Source of the DNA: Octopus sinensis
Lineage: Eukaryota
Assembly: GCF_006345805.1 (NCBI RefSeq)
Contig: NC_043004.1
Location: 69,378,001 to 69,442,000, forward strand
Direction of reading: 5' to 3'
Length of the DNA stretch: 64,000 nucleotides
Below the pieces are notes generated by a model that did not search any database, was not told the origin of the DNA, and was given only the letters and a program-made list of their open reading frames with translations. Below are positions 63,978 through 64,000 of this stretch, one piece after another. The position numbers and the translations under genes are program-made. Positions within the stretch are counted from its first letter, which is position 1. The number at the start of each line of letters is the position of its first letter.

Positions 63978-64000
63978 CCTCCAGCTCGGTTCTGATTGTC

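Overview
Eukaryotic, AT-rich, repeat-saturated DNA, mostly intronic or intergenic. The SINE families, the long (TA)n/(CA)n tracts and the C2H2 ORF look like an octopus (coleoid cephalopod) genome; this is inferred from pattern recognition, not a database search. Almost every ORF in the track is an artefact of microsatellites or SINEs. The only convincing cellular coding segment is a two-finger C2H2 zinc-finger ORF (49246-49638, minus). There are also a few weak exon candidates and a CpG-rich promoter-like region near 23.6-24.4 kb. The rest is about 30 copies or fragments of one tRNA-derived SINE, at least four other SINE-like families, RTE-type LINE 3' fragments, decayed Tc1/mariner and hAT transposase pieces, piggyBac-, Tc1- and hAT-type MITEs, and Helitron-like elements. 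The least expected signal is a set of short repeats from at least five sequence families that carry minimal type I hammerhead ribozyme (HHR) motifs of the kind known from Penelope-like retroelement termini. Most sit in or beside microsatellites, and five are fold-back palindromes with the same polarity. One family joins a tRNA-derived Pol III head to an HHR-containing tail. Repeat boundaries were read by eye and are approximate.
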